Notes: a model not told the origin generated them from the letters alone. A DNA stretch of 64,000 bases from Thermoplasmata archaeon (GCA_021817605.1 JAKAUN010000004.1:68427-132426); one strand, 5' to 3'; numbered from the stretch's first letter, positions 1 through 8,222 are shown. Made by a program: numbers and translations.

Positions 1-575
1 GTAGCCACGACCAACGGGGGCACTGTAAAGGAACCGCCGGGCACAATGGCCTGGTAGAGAACCACGGATGTCGCGACGACGGTGACCGTGAGAGTCACCG
101 GTAGGGTGAGCGCAGGCTTGAACGAGGTGCTCCAGACCTCTCCGGCACCCCATGCCTGGCCTGTGCCGTTCGTTGAGAGCCCCCAACTCATCGGGATTCC
201 GCCGCTCCTCGTGAACTGCCAGTTCGCGTCGGCGCTGTTCGAGCACTGGAGGTAGATCCGAGCGCTCAGCGGAACGGTGGGACCCGTGCCGTGCGTGATG
301 TTGATTCCGATTACCGTCGTAGCGTTTCCCGACACCTTTGTCGCAAGCGTCGTCTCAAATTGCGTTTGTGCCTGTGGCTGAGGAGTTGGAAAGCGATTCA
401 CAAGGATGAATACTGCTGAGAAGAGGGTGACCGTCATCCCGAGGAGCAAGATGGTCGCGATGACCTCCGAGACCGCTCTGCGCTTCCTTCGCCAGACGCG
501 GCGTCGGGTTACGCCGCGGCGCGGGCCAAAGTCTGTCCCAGCCCGCGGCCGGTAACGATACGCAGATGCGTCCAT
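1..575 (-). CDS. archaeal type IV pilin-like protein (class III signal peptide), 3' end beyond window start
   Basis: Reverse-strand ORF starting at ATG 573-575 and running off the window, so it is absent from the ORF track. Translation starts MDASAYRYRPRAGTDFGPRRGVTRRRVWRRKRRAVSEVIATILLLGMTVTLFSAVFILV. A basic stretch followed by a hydrophobic helix is typical of the archaeal prepilin/archaellin N-terminus. A Thr/Gly/Asn-rich beta domain follows. Confidence 0.55.
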   Translation of the reverse strand, partial: MDASAYRYRPRAGTDFGPRRGVTRRRVWRRKRRAVSEVIATILLLGMTVTLFSAVFILVNRFPTPQPQAQTQFETTLATKVSGNATTVIGINITHGTGPTVPLSARIYLQCSNSADANWQFTRSGGIPMSWGLSTNGTGQAWGAGEVWSTSFKPALTLPVTLTVTVVATSVVLYQAIVPGGSFTVPPLVVA

Positions 576-602
576 CAACACCGATGGAAAGGTGGGGGTG
601 GC

Positions 603-611
603 GTATTTAGT
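603..611 (-). promoter_or_regulatory. TATA-like box (CTAAATA on minus strand) ~35 nt upstream of pilin gene start 575
   Basis: AT-rich hexamer in GC-rich DNA at the distance expected for an archaeal promoter. Confidence 0.3.
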
Positions 612-990
612 CGTTGTTGTCGCCATCCGCGGCTCTGGTGTCTTGCTTTGGGCTTGACCTCAACTCCCAGAGGACACCCGGCGGCCCGCTGCGGGGAAAG
701 AAAGGTTCCCACGCGGACGGCTCTTCGGCCCGCCACTGCGGGTTGACAAGCCGGCCCGATCTGGCGACGCTTCGGCGCGGCAAGTTTCAGCTGACCTACT
801 GCCCATTGGGCCAAACTGACGAAGCAGGGCGACACCCCTCAGAGGACAAGGTCGAACGTGATCGACCTAGGAGCGTTTCGACCCGCCGTCACAGCACCCT
901 CTTGGTTAAGGGGCAGAAGGAGAACAACGAAAGGGTTGGACAACCATCACGTAACCGTGGTGGTTGTCTCTCGACTGGCGCGGGTGCCGC

Positions 991-1551
991 CTATGGGAGA
1001 GCGGTGGTGGTCACCGTGCCCGAGAACGAACCCTGACCCACTGCGGACACAAAGTCGCCGAGGAGTCCAGTGTTGCCGGCCGTTCCCGTGTTGATGACAA
1101 TCGACTCGCCGGCAGAGACCGGCACGCTCGCGGAGAGCCAGGTGCCCTTGGAGGGTGTGTAGCTCGTTACATTGGTGCCGGCGTTGACCAGCGTTATCTT
1201 AGTGTTAGCCGGAAACGCGATAGACGCCCCGGTCGAGCTCTTCAGGTCGAGCTTGAGATTGCCCGTGTTGATGCCACTTGCCGAGGAGATTCCAAGGGAG
1301 TAGCAGAAGTCAGAGGCCACGCAACCCATGGGGGGGGACGTCGTGCTCGTCGTGTTCAGCGGCGATTCCCACGAGTAGGCCGTTCCCAATGGGGTGTTGC
1401 CGGGTCCCTTCGTTAGGCCCGAGATCAGAACGTACAGCACGGCGGCCAGTACGACCGTGATCGCAACGAGCAGGATCGTGGCGATGATCGGCGAGACTCC
1501 CTTCTTACGGTTCCTTCTCCAGCTTCGGCCAGCTCTCGCGTCGAGGTACAT
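991..1551 (-). CDS. archaeal type IV pilin-like protein (class III signal peptide)
   Basis: N-terminus MYLDARAGRSWRRNRKKGVSPIIATILLVAITVVLAAVLYVLISG matches the prepilin peptidase-type signal plus hydrophobic helix. The remainder is Thr/Ser/Asn/Gly-rich with NxT/S sequons. A GGAGGA motif sits ~8 nt upstream of the ATG. Confidence 0.65.
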   Translation of the reverse strand: MYLDARAGRSWRRNRKKGVSPIIATILLVAITVVLAAVLYVLISGLTKGPGNTPLGTAYSWESPLNTTSTTSPPMGCVASDFCYSLGISSASGINTGNLKLDLKSSTGASIAFPANTKITLVNAGTNVTSYTPSKGTWLSASVPVSAGESIVINTGTAGNTGLLGDFVSAVGQGSFSGTVTTTALP

Positions 1552-1607
1552 TTCCCCGTTTCCTCCGATGAGGTCTTCGACCTCGGCGCCCCTCTTTCTG
1601 AGACCCC

Positions 1608-1615
1608 CTATATGA
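1608..1615 (-). promoter_or_regulatory. TATA-like box (TCATATAG on minus strand) ~55 nt upstream of pilin gene start 1551
   Basis: AT-rich element followed by a GGAGGA SD-like motif 8 nt before the ATG. Confidence 0.3.
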
Positions 1616-2006
1616 ACGTTCAGTTCCGTGTGACGTACAAGTGTCGAATCAGTGTTCGTTGAGAGACGTAATACGGATAAATGCGCATTGACACACTTTC
1701 ACGCGCCAAAGCTACGATAGCGGACCGCGGGCTCTGGGACCGCAGGGTGTCGCCCGGCCGGGCGCGTGCGACAACCCCGTGCCCCGCGAGCCAGGCCACG
1801 CGCACGGGCCTACTCGAGCGACCGACGTAAACCATGGTGCCACATCCGCCGGACCCCGATCAGGCATCCCGGACCCAAGTTATACAGAGAACACCCCCGT
1901 TCTTTGATTGTTCGACAAGGTGACTTCGGCGTTCGACACGAGAGGCACGTACCTATAGAACGAAGCAGCCGCAAACTCTCGAAAAAGTGTGATTGCGTTT
2001 AAGTAG

Positions 2007-2534
2007 GTGGAATCTCCATGGACCAAGCTGGCCGTGTTCGACAACGTTCCGACGGGGAAGGAGGCTCGCCCGCGCGAGCCCGAGGCCCCCCGGCGCGATC
2101 CAGAGGAGGCGCGCATCGCCCTGCGGTGTACCCTCAAGGAGCTTCGGCTGGTCGACTCGTTCGTCTCATCGGGCGAGTTCGGTACCCGCTCCGAGCTCAT
2201 GAGGGCGGCGCTGCACGCGTTCCTGCGGTCGCGGACGATGTCCGGCACGACGGCCCCACCGATCGACGCCGAAGGGTTCGTTGAGGTCCCGATTCGGCTG
2301 AAACCGGAGGAGTGTGCGGCGGCGGAGGCGTATGCCCGCCATATCGGAAACCGCCAGGAGTTGCGGGACATCCTGGCACTGATCTTCCGGTACGGCGAAA
2401 AGCAGCTCCAGGTGAAGGAGCTCGCCGAGCGTGCCCGAGAGCACGCTCGCGACGCTGCCGAGACCCGCTCCCAGGTCGGGGCGCTCTCCGAGAGCGCCCG
2501 CGACCTCGAGCGCAAGGGGGTCGTCGGGCGCTAG
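2007..2534 (+). CDS. ribbon-helix-helix (CopG/MetJ-like) DNA-binding protein, hypothetical
   Basis: GTG start. Segment ARIALRCTLKELRLVDSFVSSGEFGTRSELMRAALHAFL has the beta-strand/helix/helix pattern of RHH proteins. The ORF is followed 37 nt later by the FtsZ-like gene. A TGTTCGACAA repeat overlaps codons 10-13. Confidence 0.5.
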   Translation: MESPWTKLAVFDNVPTGKEARPREPEAPRRDPEEARIALRCTLKELRLVDSFVSSGEFGTRSELMRAALHAFLRSRTMSGTTAPPIDAEGFVEVPIRLKPEECAAAEAYARHIGNRQELRDILALIFRYGEKQLQVKELAERAREHARDAAETRSQVGALSESARDLERKGVVGR

Positions 2535-2571
2535 GAACTCGCAACACGCTGGATACGGTCGGGGAGTGGTT

Positions 2572-3486
2572 GTGGGGACCCACGGTGCGCAGCGAGACAC
2601 GGCGGATTGGCTCGAGAACGACCCGTACGTAGAGTACCTTCGGGGCGACCCGGGCGAGGGACTTCGCCTCGGCCAGGAGCTCCGGGTGGTCTTCGTGGCG
2701 GTGGGCGGCGGCGCGATACGCGTCGGCCGCGAGATCGCGCGAGCCCACCTTCGCTACGTCGAGAGCGTGGCCATCAACTGTGACCCCAAGGTCCAGGGAT
2801 TCGAGGATTTCGACCGCAGGGTCTGCCTCAGCCCGGAGTCCGGCGCCGAGGTCGACACCGGTGGCTCGGCGGTCGTCGGAGCGGTCCTCGCCCGCGCGGC
2901 GGAGCCCGCCCTGCGGCGCATCTTCCGTGGCGCAGCCTTCGTTGTCCTCGTGGGGAGCCTGGGCGGCGGCGCGGGAAGCGGCGCCTTCCCTTTCCTCCTC
3001 GATGTCGCCTCCCGCAACGCGGGGGTCGTGAGCGCCTTCGTCATCAAGCCGTTCCGCGCGGAGGGCAACCGCCGCGCCCTCGCCGACCGCGCCCTCGGGA
3101 GCCTCCACCTCCTCGAGGCGTACAACGAGAAGCGAGAGCGCGGCAGCGCGAGCCTCCAGATCCTCGACAACGAGAGCCTCGTCCCGAGCCTCAAGCACAA
3201 GGCGTTCAGCGCGGTCTCCCGACACTGGGCCGACGCCCTCCGCGACCACCTCGAGAACGCGATCCTCGCCCCGGCCGAGGCGATCCTCGGACCGGCGCAG
3301 ATGAGCCATCTCCTCGAGTCGGCGGTCCCTCCGTCCGGTCTTGAGGAGGGTCTCCCCACTCTGGTGCACGGCCCGAGCCCCCCAACCCCCGTGCCCGCGA
3401 TGCCCCCCGCGCTACCGGCGGCGGCCAGCGAGGCGGAGCTCACCTTCGAGGTCGAGGCTGGCGCTCGGCCGCCCGCAGCCTCCTGA
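2572..3486 (+). CDS. divergent short FtsZ/tubulin-superfamily GTPase (FtsZ-like paralogue)
   Basis: Motifs match FtsZ in order. VVFVAVGGGAIRVGREIA corresponds to FtsZ T1 GVGGGGxNA. INCDPKV corresponds to NTDAQAL. VVLVGSLGGGAGSGAFPFLLDVA corresponds to the tubulin signature T4 (GGGTGSG in tubulin, GGGTGTG in FtsZ). VIKPFRAEGNRRALADRALGSL corresponds to the FtsZ TKPFSFEGRRR motif. ILDNESL is T6-like. The C-terminal domain looks truncated and is replaced by a Pro/Ala-rich tail. Start chosen at GTG 2572, 5 nt after GGGGAG. The upstream part of ORF 2431..3486 overlaps the RHH gene. Confidence 0.7.
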   Translation: MGTHGAQRDTADWLENDPYVEYLRGDPGEGLRLGQELRVVFVAVGGGAIRVGREIARAHLRYVESVAINCDPKVQGFEDFDRRVCLSPESGAEVDTGGSAVVGAVLARAAEPALRRIFRGAAFVVLVGSLGGGAGSGAFPFLLDVASRNAGVVSAFVIKPFRAEGNRRALADRALGSLHLLEAYNEKRERGSASLQILDNESLVPSLKHKAFSAVSRHWADALRDHLENAILAPAEAILGPAQMSHLLESAVPPSGLEEGLPTLVHGPSPPTPVPAMPPALPAAASEAELTFEVEAGARPPAAS

Positions 3487-3782
3487 ACCCGACGCGAACC
3501 AGAAGGGCGGAAGGGCCCCCCTCTTCCGCCCCACCCTTGCCTGAGGTCGACCGGGACCCGAGAGAACAGTTCGTGAGGCAAAACGCCGCTCGAGCGAGCG
3601 GCCCTCTGGAGGGGGGTCGAGTCGCTCGACCCAGTGCCAATGGCTGAGACGGCGCGGGTTGTGGATTGCCACCCGAAGTGTCGGTTCCGTCACCTAGCTG
3701 GGCTTCTGCCGGTCTAGCAGGTAGACCCAAGGCCGGGTCGACCGTCCAACTTTAAGAGGGGGACCGCCTCGGTCCTCCCGGC

Positions 3783-3950
3783 ATGGACGGCAGGCTCTTC
3801 ACGGTCCTCGCGCTCCTCGTGCTACCGGCGGTGCTCATCGGCCTCACCGTGCTCTACCTCGGCTCGAACCCGGTTTGGGTCTTCACCCTCATCGGGGTCA
3901 TGGTCCTCGGGGGGATGTACCTCCTGACCTACACCGAGTCGCCCAGCTAG
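3783..3950 (+). CDS. small membrane protein (55 aa, 2 predicted TM helices), hypothetical
   Basis: ATG 3783 gives MDGRLFTVLALLVLPAVLIGLTVLYLGSNPVWVFTLIGVMVLGGMYLLTYTESPS, ending at TAG 3948-3950. A TTTAAGA box lies ~25 nt upstream, consistent with a leaderless transcript. GC3-rich codons. Below the ORF-track length cutoff. Confidence 0.35.
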   Translation: MDGRLFTVLALLVLPAVLIGLTVLYLGSNPVWVFTLIGVMVLGGMYLLTYTESPS

Positions 3951-4008
3951 GCCGCAACCGCGCCGTCGGACACGGGGGCTTGATGGGCCGCAGCGCTCCG
4001 GCCGAAAC

Positions 4009-4806
4009 CTAGCCGTACATCCCTGCGGTCGGGGCGGGGCCCTCTTCGACCTCGGGTGCGGCCGGACGGGTCTTCATCGACGTCCGAAGCATCCGCTCGA
4101 TCTGCTCGGCCTGCTTGCGCAGCGGGCCGGTGTCGATCTTGAGCTCGGGCAGGAGCTTGTCGAGCGTCTCGATGAGGGCCGCTCCCGCGCGGTGGTCGGG
4201 GAGCCCCTCGGAGGCGCGGGTGCTCACCAGCAGGACGGCGACAGGGATCTTGCGGCCTATCCCCTGGACGAGGAGGGCACCGGAAACGCCTCCGACGACC
4301 CCTTCCTCGAGAGGCCGGGTCTTGGTCTGCACGAAGGAGTTCACGAGCGCAGCCTCCTTGCGCGAGAAGGCGACCCAGACCTGCTCGCTCGTCTCCTCGT
4401 GCTCGTGGGGCGCCGTCGCGTCCTCCTCCTCTTCACCGAGGGGATGGGGTACGACCCCCTCGAGACAAACGATGAGACGGACGTTCTTCTTCTCGGCGGT
4501 ATCGAGGATGGTGCGGGCGATCGCGTTCGCCTGGGAGGGTGTCGGCGGGAACTCGGAGAGGATGAGGCCGAGGTCGCGTCGGCCGTAGACCCGTATCGTC
4601 GGATGGACCTCGCCGCCCTGAATGACGGCGATCGGGGCGATGTCCGGCGACTCGAAGCGGCCGACCCTCGGCAGCTTGAGCGCCCGGATCATGTAGTGGC
4701 CGGCGACGGTCGTGGCGAGCCCGGCGCTAGGGAAGGAGGAGAGCAGCACGCAGCCCGGTCCGGGGCAGCCTTCGGTCGGAGCCTCGTCACGCCACTGGAA
4801 CTCCAT
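4009..4806 (-). CDS. PAC2-family proteasome assembly chaperone (PbaA/PbaB-like) with C-terminal HbYX motif
   Basis: Start moved to the internal Met (MEFQWRDEAP...) at 4806. PAC2/COG1938-like sequence with the C-terminus ...PTAGMYG, giving hydrophobic-Tyr-X as the last three residues, as in archaeal PbaA/B. A TATA-like box (CGCTATACGC on the minus strand) lies 30-39 nt upstream at 4836-4845. Confidence 0.65.
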   Translation of the reverse strand: MEFQWRDEAPTEGCPGPGCVLLSSFPSAGLATTVAGHYMIRALKLPRVGRFESPDIAPIAVIQGGEVHPTIRVYGRRDLGLILSEFPPTPSQANAIARTILDTAEKKNVRLIVCLEGVVPHPLGEEEEDATAPHEHEETSEQVWVAFSRKEAALVNSFVQTKTRPLEEGVVGGVSGALLVQGIGRKIPVAVLLVSTRASEGLPDHRAGAALIETLDKLLPELKIDTGPLRKQAEQIERMLRTSMKTRPAAPEVEEGPAPTAGMYG

Positions 4807-4835
4807 GGTCGACCCGAGGAGGGGACGCCTCGGGG

Positions 4836-4845
4836 CGTATAGCGA
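4836..4845 (-). promoter_or_regulatory. TATA-like box for leaderless PAC2 gene
   Basis: gcgtatagcg sits in the 4807-4917 divergent intergenic region between the PAC2 and FEN-1 starts. Confidence 0.3.
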
Positions 4846-4926
4846 AGCCGTACGGGCGCCTCTGACGGGAGCTTCCCTCTCCTCTGCCGCGCCAAACCCA
4901 AGTACTCTTCTCCGCTCGTGCGCCTC

Positions 4927-5961
4927 GTGGGGCTCCCCCTGCGGAACATCGTCACCGCCCAGGAGCTCCCCTGGGCCGCGCTCGCGGGCCGCTCGCTTGC
5001 CGTGGACGGCTTCAACGCGGTCTACCAGTTCCTCGCCACGATCCGCCAGCAGGACGGCCAGCTCTTCTGCGACGCCGACGGGCGTGTCACCAGCCACCTC
5101 ATGGGGACGTTCTATCGGACGACCTCGCTCCTTTCCGAGGGCGTTCTCCCGGTCTGGGTCTTCGATGGCAAGCCCCCCGAGCGCAAGGTGGGAACGATCC
5201 GCTCGAGGATCGTAGCGAAGGAGAAGGCGGAGTCCGCCTGGCAGGAGGCCCTGGCCGCGGGCGACCTCGAGACCGCGCGGCGCAAGGCGGCGCAGACCTC
5301 CCGGCTCACCAAGCCGATGGTCGACGAGCTCGAGGTGCTCCTCAAGGCCCTCGGGGTGCCGACCGTCCGCGCCCCGAGCGAGGGGGAGGCCCAGGCGGCG
5401 GCGATGGCGGCTGCCGGAAGCGTCTGGGCTGCCGCCTCGGAGGATTACGACGCGCTCCTCTTCGGCGCTCCGAGGCTCGTCCGTGGCCTTGCCGCCCGCG
5501 GCCGGGGCTCAGCGGGCACGGTCGCCCAGCTCATCGACCGTGCGGCGCTCCTCGAGAGCCTCGGGATCGACGGCGAGGAGCTCATCGTGCTCGGCCTGGT
5601 CGTCGGCACCGACTTCAACGACGGCGTCGCCGGCTTCGGGCCGAAGAAGGCGCTCAAGCTCGTTCAGGAGCATCTCGGCTTCGAAAAAACGCTCGAGAAG
5701 GTCGGGGTCGATCTCGAGGAGGCGCGCAGCGTGGCGGAGATCTTCCGCCACCCGGACGCCCTCGAGGTGGGGAAGCTCGCCTTCGGGCCGGTCGACGAGG
5801 GAGCTCTCAAGGAGCTCCTGGTCGAGACGCACGGCTTCTCCGAGACGCGGGTCAAGGCGGCGGTCGCCCGGGCGCGGTCCCGACCCCGGGCTTCCCCCGA
5901 CCCGGCGGAGAGCCGGGGGCACCAGACGCTCCTCGAGACCTTTGGGGGTCCTCCGGCGTGA
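4927..5961 (+). CDS. fen: flap endonuclease 1 (FEN-1)
   Basis: The N-terminus GLPLRNIVTAQELPWAALAGRSLAVDGFNAVYQFLATIRQQDGQL resembles the canonical FEN-1 N-terminus MGV.L..L. followed by AIDA.N.LYQFL. An XPG-I region and a C-terminal PIP-like tail follow. The ORF track starts at GTG 4918; GTG 4927 gives the canonical MGxxL N-terminus. Confidence 0.9.
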   Translation: MGLPLRNIVTAQELPWAALAGRSLAVDGFNAVYQFLATIRQQDGQLFCDADGRVTSHLMGTFYRTTSLLSEGVLPVWVFDGKPPERKVGTIRSRIVAKEKAESAWQEALAAGDLETARRKAAQTSRLTKPMVDELEVLLKALGVPTVRAPSEGEAQAAAMAAAGSVWAAASEDYDALLFGAPRLVRGLAARGRGSAGTVAQLIDRAALLESLGIDGEELIVLGLVVGTDFNDGVAGFGPKKALKLVQEHLGFEKTLEKVGVDLEEARSVAEIFRHPDALEVGKLAFGPVDEGALKELLVETHGFSETRVKAAVARARSRPRASPDPAESRGHQTLLETFGGPPA

Positions 5962-7433
5962 CCCCGTTCGAGTGCGTCCCGAATTTCTCCGAGGGACGGG
6001 ATGGCGAGAAGGTCGAGCGGATCGCCTCCGCCGCGCGGGCCGTCCCCGGCGTCACCGTCCTCGACGTCGAGCGCAACGCCGACCACCATCGCTCGGTGAT
6101 CACGCTCTACGGGGAGGGGGAGCCTCTGCTCGAGGCGGTCTACCGGATGATGGAGGTCGCCAGCCGCGAGATCGATCTCACCCATCACGTCGGAGAGCAC
6201 CCGCGCATGGGAGCGACGGATGTTGTCCCGTTCGTCCCCGTGGGCTCTGCCACGATGGCCGAGGCGGTCCGTCTCGCCGAGCGGCTGGGCGAGCGCGTCG
6301 GAAGCCGTCTCGAGATCCCGGTCTACCTCTACGGTCGGGCGGCGCGGAGGCCCGAGCGCTCGGACCTTGCCAAGGTGCGCGAGGGCCAGTTCGAAGGGAT
6401 CCGCGAGAGCATCCTCACCGACCCGGCTCGTGCCCCGGACTTCGGTCCGTCCCATGTCCACCCGACCGCGGGGGCCGTGGCGATTGGGGCCCGTCCGGTA
6501 CTCATCGCCTACAACGTCCTCCTTAGCACCGCCGACGTCAAGGTCGCCAAGGCGATCGCGAAGAAGGTCCGGACCCGTGACGGCGGCCTCGCCGAGGTGA
6601 AGGCGCTCGGCTTCGAGATCTCCGAACGTTCCCGTGCCCAGGTCTCCATGAACCTCACCGACTACCGCGTGACGCCTATCCCCCGCGCCTTCGCCGCCGT
6701 CCGGGCCGAGGCCCAGCGCCTCGGCACGGAGGTCGAGGAGTCCGAGGTCGTCGGGCTCGTGCCCGAGGATGCCCTCCTGGACGCGGCCGAGGAGCATCTT
6801 CTGCTCAAGGGGTTCGAGCGCGCCCGCATCCTCGAGCGAAAGGTCAAGGAGGCCGAGGAGCGGCGGCCCGGGCACGAGGCGATCGGCACGTTCGCCGCGC
6901 GCCTCGCGGCGCGCACGCCGACCCCCGGTGGGGGAAGCGCGAGCGCGGTGGTCGCGGCGCTCGCCTCGGCGCTCGGGGAGATGGTCCTTGCCTACTCCCT
7001 CGACCCGAGGGCCCCCGCGCCGGAGCTCGCCGAGCTCTCCGGTGTCCTTGCGGCGGCCCGCGTGCGGTTCCTCAACCTCGCGGACGAGGACGCCGCCTCC
7101 TACGAGGAGGTACGCGCCGCACGCAAGGCCCGCAAGTCCGGCCCGGAGGACCCCGTCCTGAGGGAGGCCTATCTCGCTGCGCTCCGCCACGCCGCTGCGG
7201 TGCCTCTCGAGACCGCCCGCACCTCGCGCGAGATGGCGACCCGGATCGACGCGGTGCGCGAACGCACCAAGGCTGCCCTCGCGAGCGATCTCGCCACGGC
7301 CCTGGCCTGCTATCGGGCGGCGGCCGAGGGAGCGCTCGCCAACGTCGCGACGAACCTGGACGACCTGCGAGCCGCCGGCGAGCCGGTCGAACCGATCGAG
7401 AAGGCACTCGCCGAGCTCCGCAAGGGAGCCTAG
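5958..7433 (+). CDS. ftcD: glutamate formimidoyltransferase / formimidoyl-tetrahydrofolate cyclodeaminase (FtcD-like, two-domain)
   Basis: The N-terminal MTPFECVPNFSEGRD is the hallmark of the formiminotransferase domain. C-terminal residues ~300-490 (GGGSASAVVAALASALGEMV...) match the cyclodeaminase domain. ATGA overlap with the fen stop. Confidence 0.8.
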   Translation: MTPFECVPNFSEGRDGEKVERIASAARAVPGVTVLDVERNADHHRSVITLYGEGEPLLEAVYRMMEVASREIDLTHHVGEHPRMGATDVVPFVPVGSATMAEAVRLAERLGERVGSRLEIPVYLYGRAARRPERSDLAKVREGQFEGIRESILTDPARAPDFGPSHVHPTAGAVAIGARPVLIAYNVLLSTADVKVAKAIAKKVRTRDGGLAEVKALGFEISERSRAQVSMNLTDYRVTPIPRAFAAVRAEAQRLGTEVEESEVVGLVPEDALLDAAEEHLLLKGFERARILERKVKEAEERRPGHEAIGTFAARLAARTPTPGGGSASAVVAALASALGEMVLAYSLDPRAPAPELAELSGVLAAARVRFLNLADEDAASYEEVRAARKARKSGPEDPVLREAYLAALRHAAAVPLETARTSREMATRIDAVRERTKAALASDLATALACYRAAAEGALANVATNLDDLRAAGEPVEPIEKALAELRKGA

Positions 7434-7434
7434 C

Positions 7435-8145
7435 GTGGCCGAGGGGTCCCGAGCTCCGTCGCCCTCGGGCAGGGCCACCGTCTGGGTCAACTGCGCCGTC
7501 TCGGCCGACGGACGCCTTGCCTTTGCGGGGGGCGCCCGCGCGCAGCTCTCCGGCCCGGAGGACCTGCGACGTGTGCAGGAGCTACGGACGGAGGTGGACG
7601 CGATCTTGGTCGGGGTCGGCACGGTCCTCTTAGACGACCCGTCGCTCCGGGTGCACTGGGAGCTGCTCGGAAGGCCGCCGGGCCGCTCGCCCCAGCGTCT
7701 CGTGGTCGACGCCCTGGGACGGACCCCTCCGAAGGCCCGCGTGCTGGACGGCTCCCTCCCTACCGTGATCGCGACCTCCGAGCGGTGCCACCGCACGTTT
7801 CCCTCCCACGTCCGGACGGTCGTGGCCGGTCGGGAGCGGGTCGACCTCGCGGCGCTCTTTACGCGTCTCCCCGAGCTCGGGATCGGCCGCGTCCTCGTCG
7901 AAGGGGGGGCTCGCATTCTCGCGTCGGTCGCCCGCGCGGGGCTCTTCGACCGCTGGACCATCTACTACGCTCCACGGTTCATCGGCGGCCTCACCGCCCC
8001 GCCGATGCTCGCCGGCCCGGAGGCCGGGAACCTGGACGCGACCGTTCCCCTCGAGCTCGTCGGGCTCGAGCGCCTGGGGGAGGGGTATGTCGCGGGCTAT
8101 CGGCCCGGCCGGAGGGGCCCTCCTGCTGCCGAGGGCGTCACGTAG
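7435..8145 (+). CDS. RibD C-terminal domain / DHFR-like reductase (diaminohydroxyphosphoribosylaminopyrimidine reductase family)
   Basis: VNCAVSADGRLAF...DAILVGVGTVLLDDPSL...GRVLVEGGARILASV are RibD_C/dihydrofolate-reductase-fold motifs. The start lies 2 nt after the ftcD stop. Confidence 0.65.
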   Translation: MAEGSRAPSPSGRATVWVNCAVSADGRLAFAGGARAQLSGPEDLRRVQELRTEVDAILVGVGTVLLDDPSLRVHWELLGRPPGRSPQRLVVDALGRTPPKARVLDGSLPTVIATSERCHRTFPSHVRTVVAGRERVDLAALFTRLPELGIGRVLVEGGARILASVARAGLFDRWTIYYAPRFIGGLTAPPMLAGPEAGNLDATVPLELVGLERLGEGYVAGYRPGRRGPPAAEGVT

Positions 8146-8222
8146 AGTCGCCTTCCCTCCAAAACGCGGGTTCTTATCCCGGGGCCGCGTCGTTTCCGGG
8201 CGAGGGAGCCAGCGAGTAGCCC

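Noticed and set aside
2018-2284. ATG 2018 preceded by an AGGTGG SD-like motif with ideal 7-nt spacing, an alternative start/frame for the first gene of the cassette
   Set aside because: That frame encodes an Arg/Gly/Pro-rich low-complexity peptide, typical of an off-frame in GC-rich DNA. The 2007 frame gives a coherent RHH fold followed by a mixed-composition domain.
3506-3530. 8-bp hairpin (GGCGGAAG...CTTCCGCC) 20 nt after the FtsZ-like stop as a terminator
   Set aside because: Archaeal termination normally uses oligo-T tracts and none follows. Possibly an RNA stability element, but there is no basis to call it.
5664-7961. Very long antisense ORFs (765 aa here; also 2197..3369, 28577..30952 with 791 aa, 32269..35238 with 989 aa, 18237..20777, 19057..20613)
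   Set aside because: They are Arg/Gly/Asp/Glu-rich with no motifs. They lie opposite genes with strong homology (ftcD, the nuo genes, the phosphoesterase). They are the expected stop-poor antisense frames of a ~70% GC genome.
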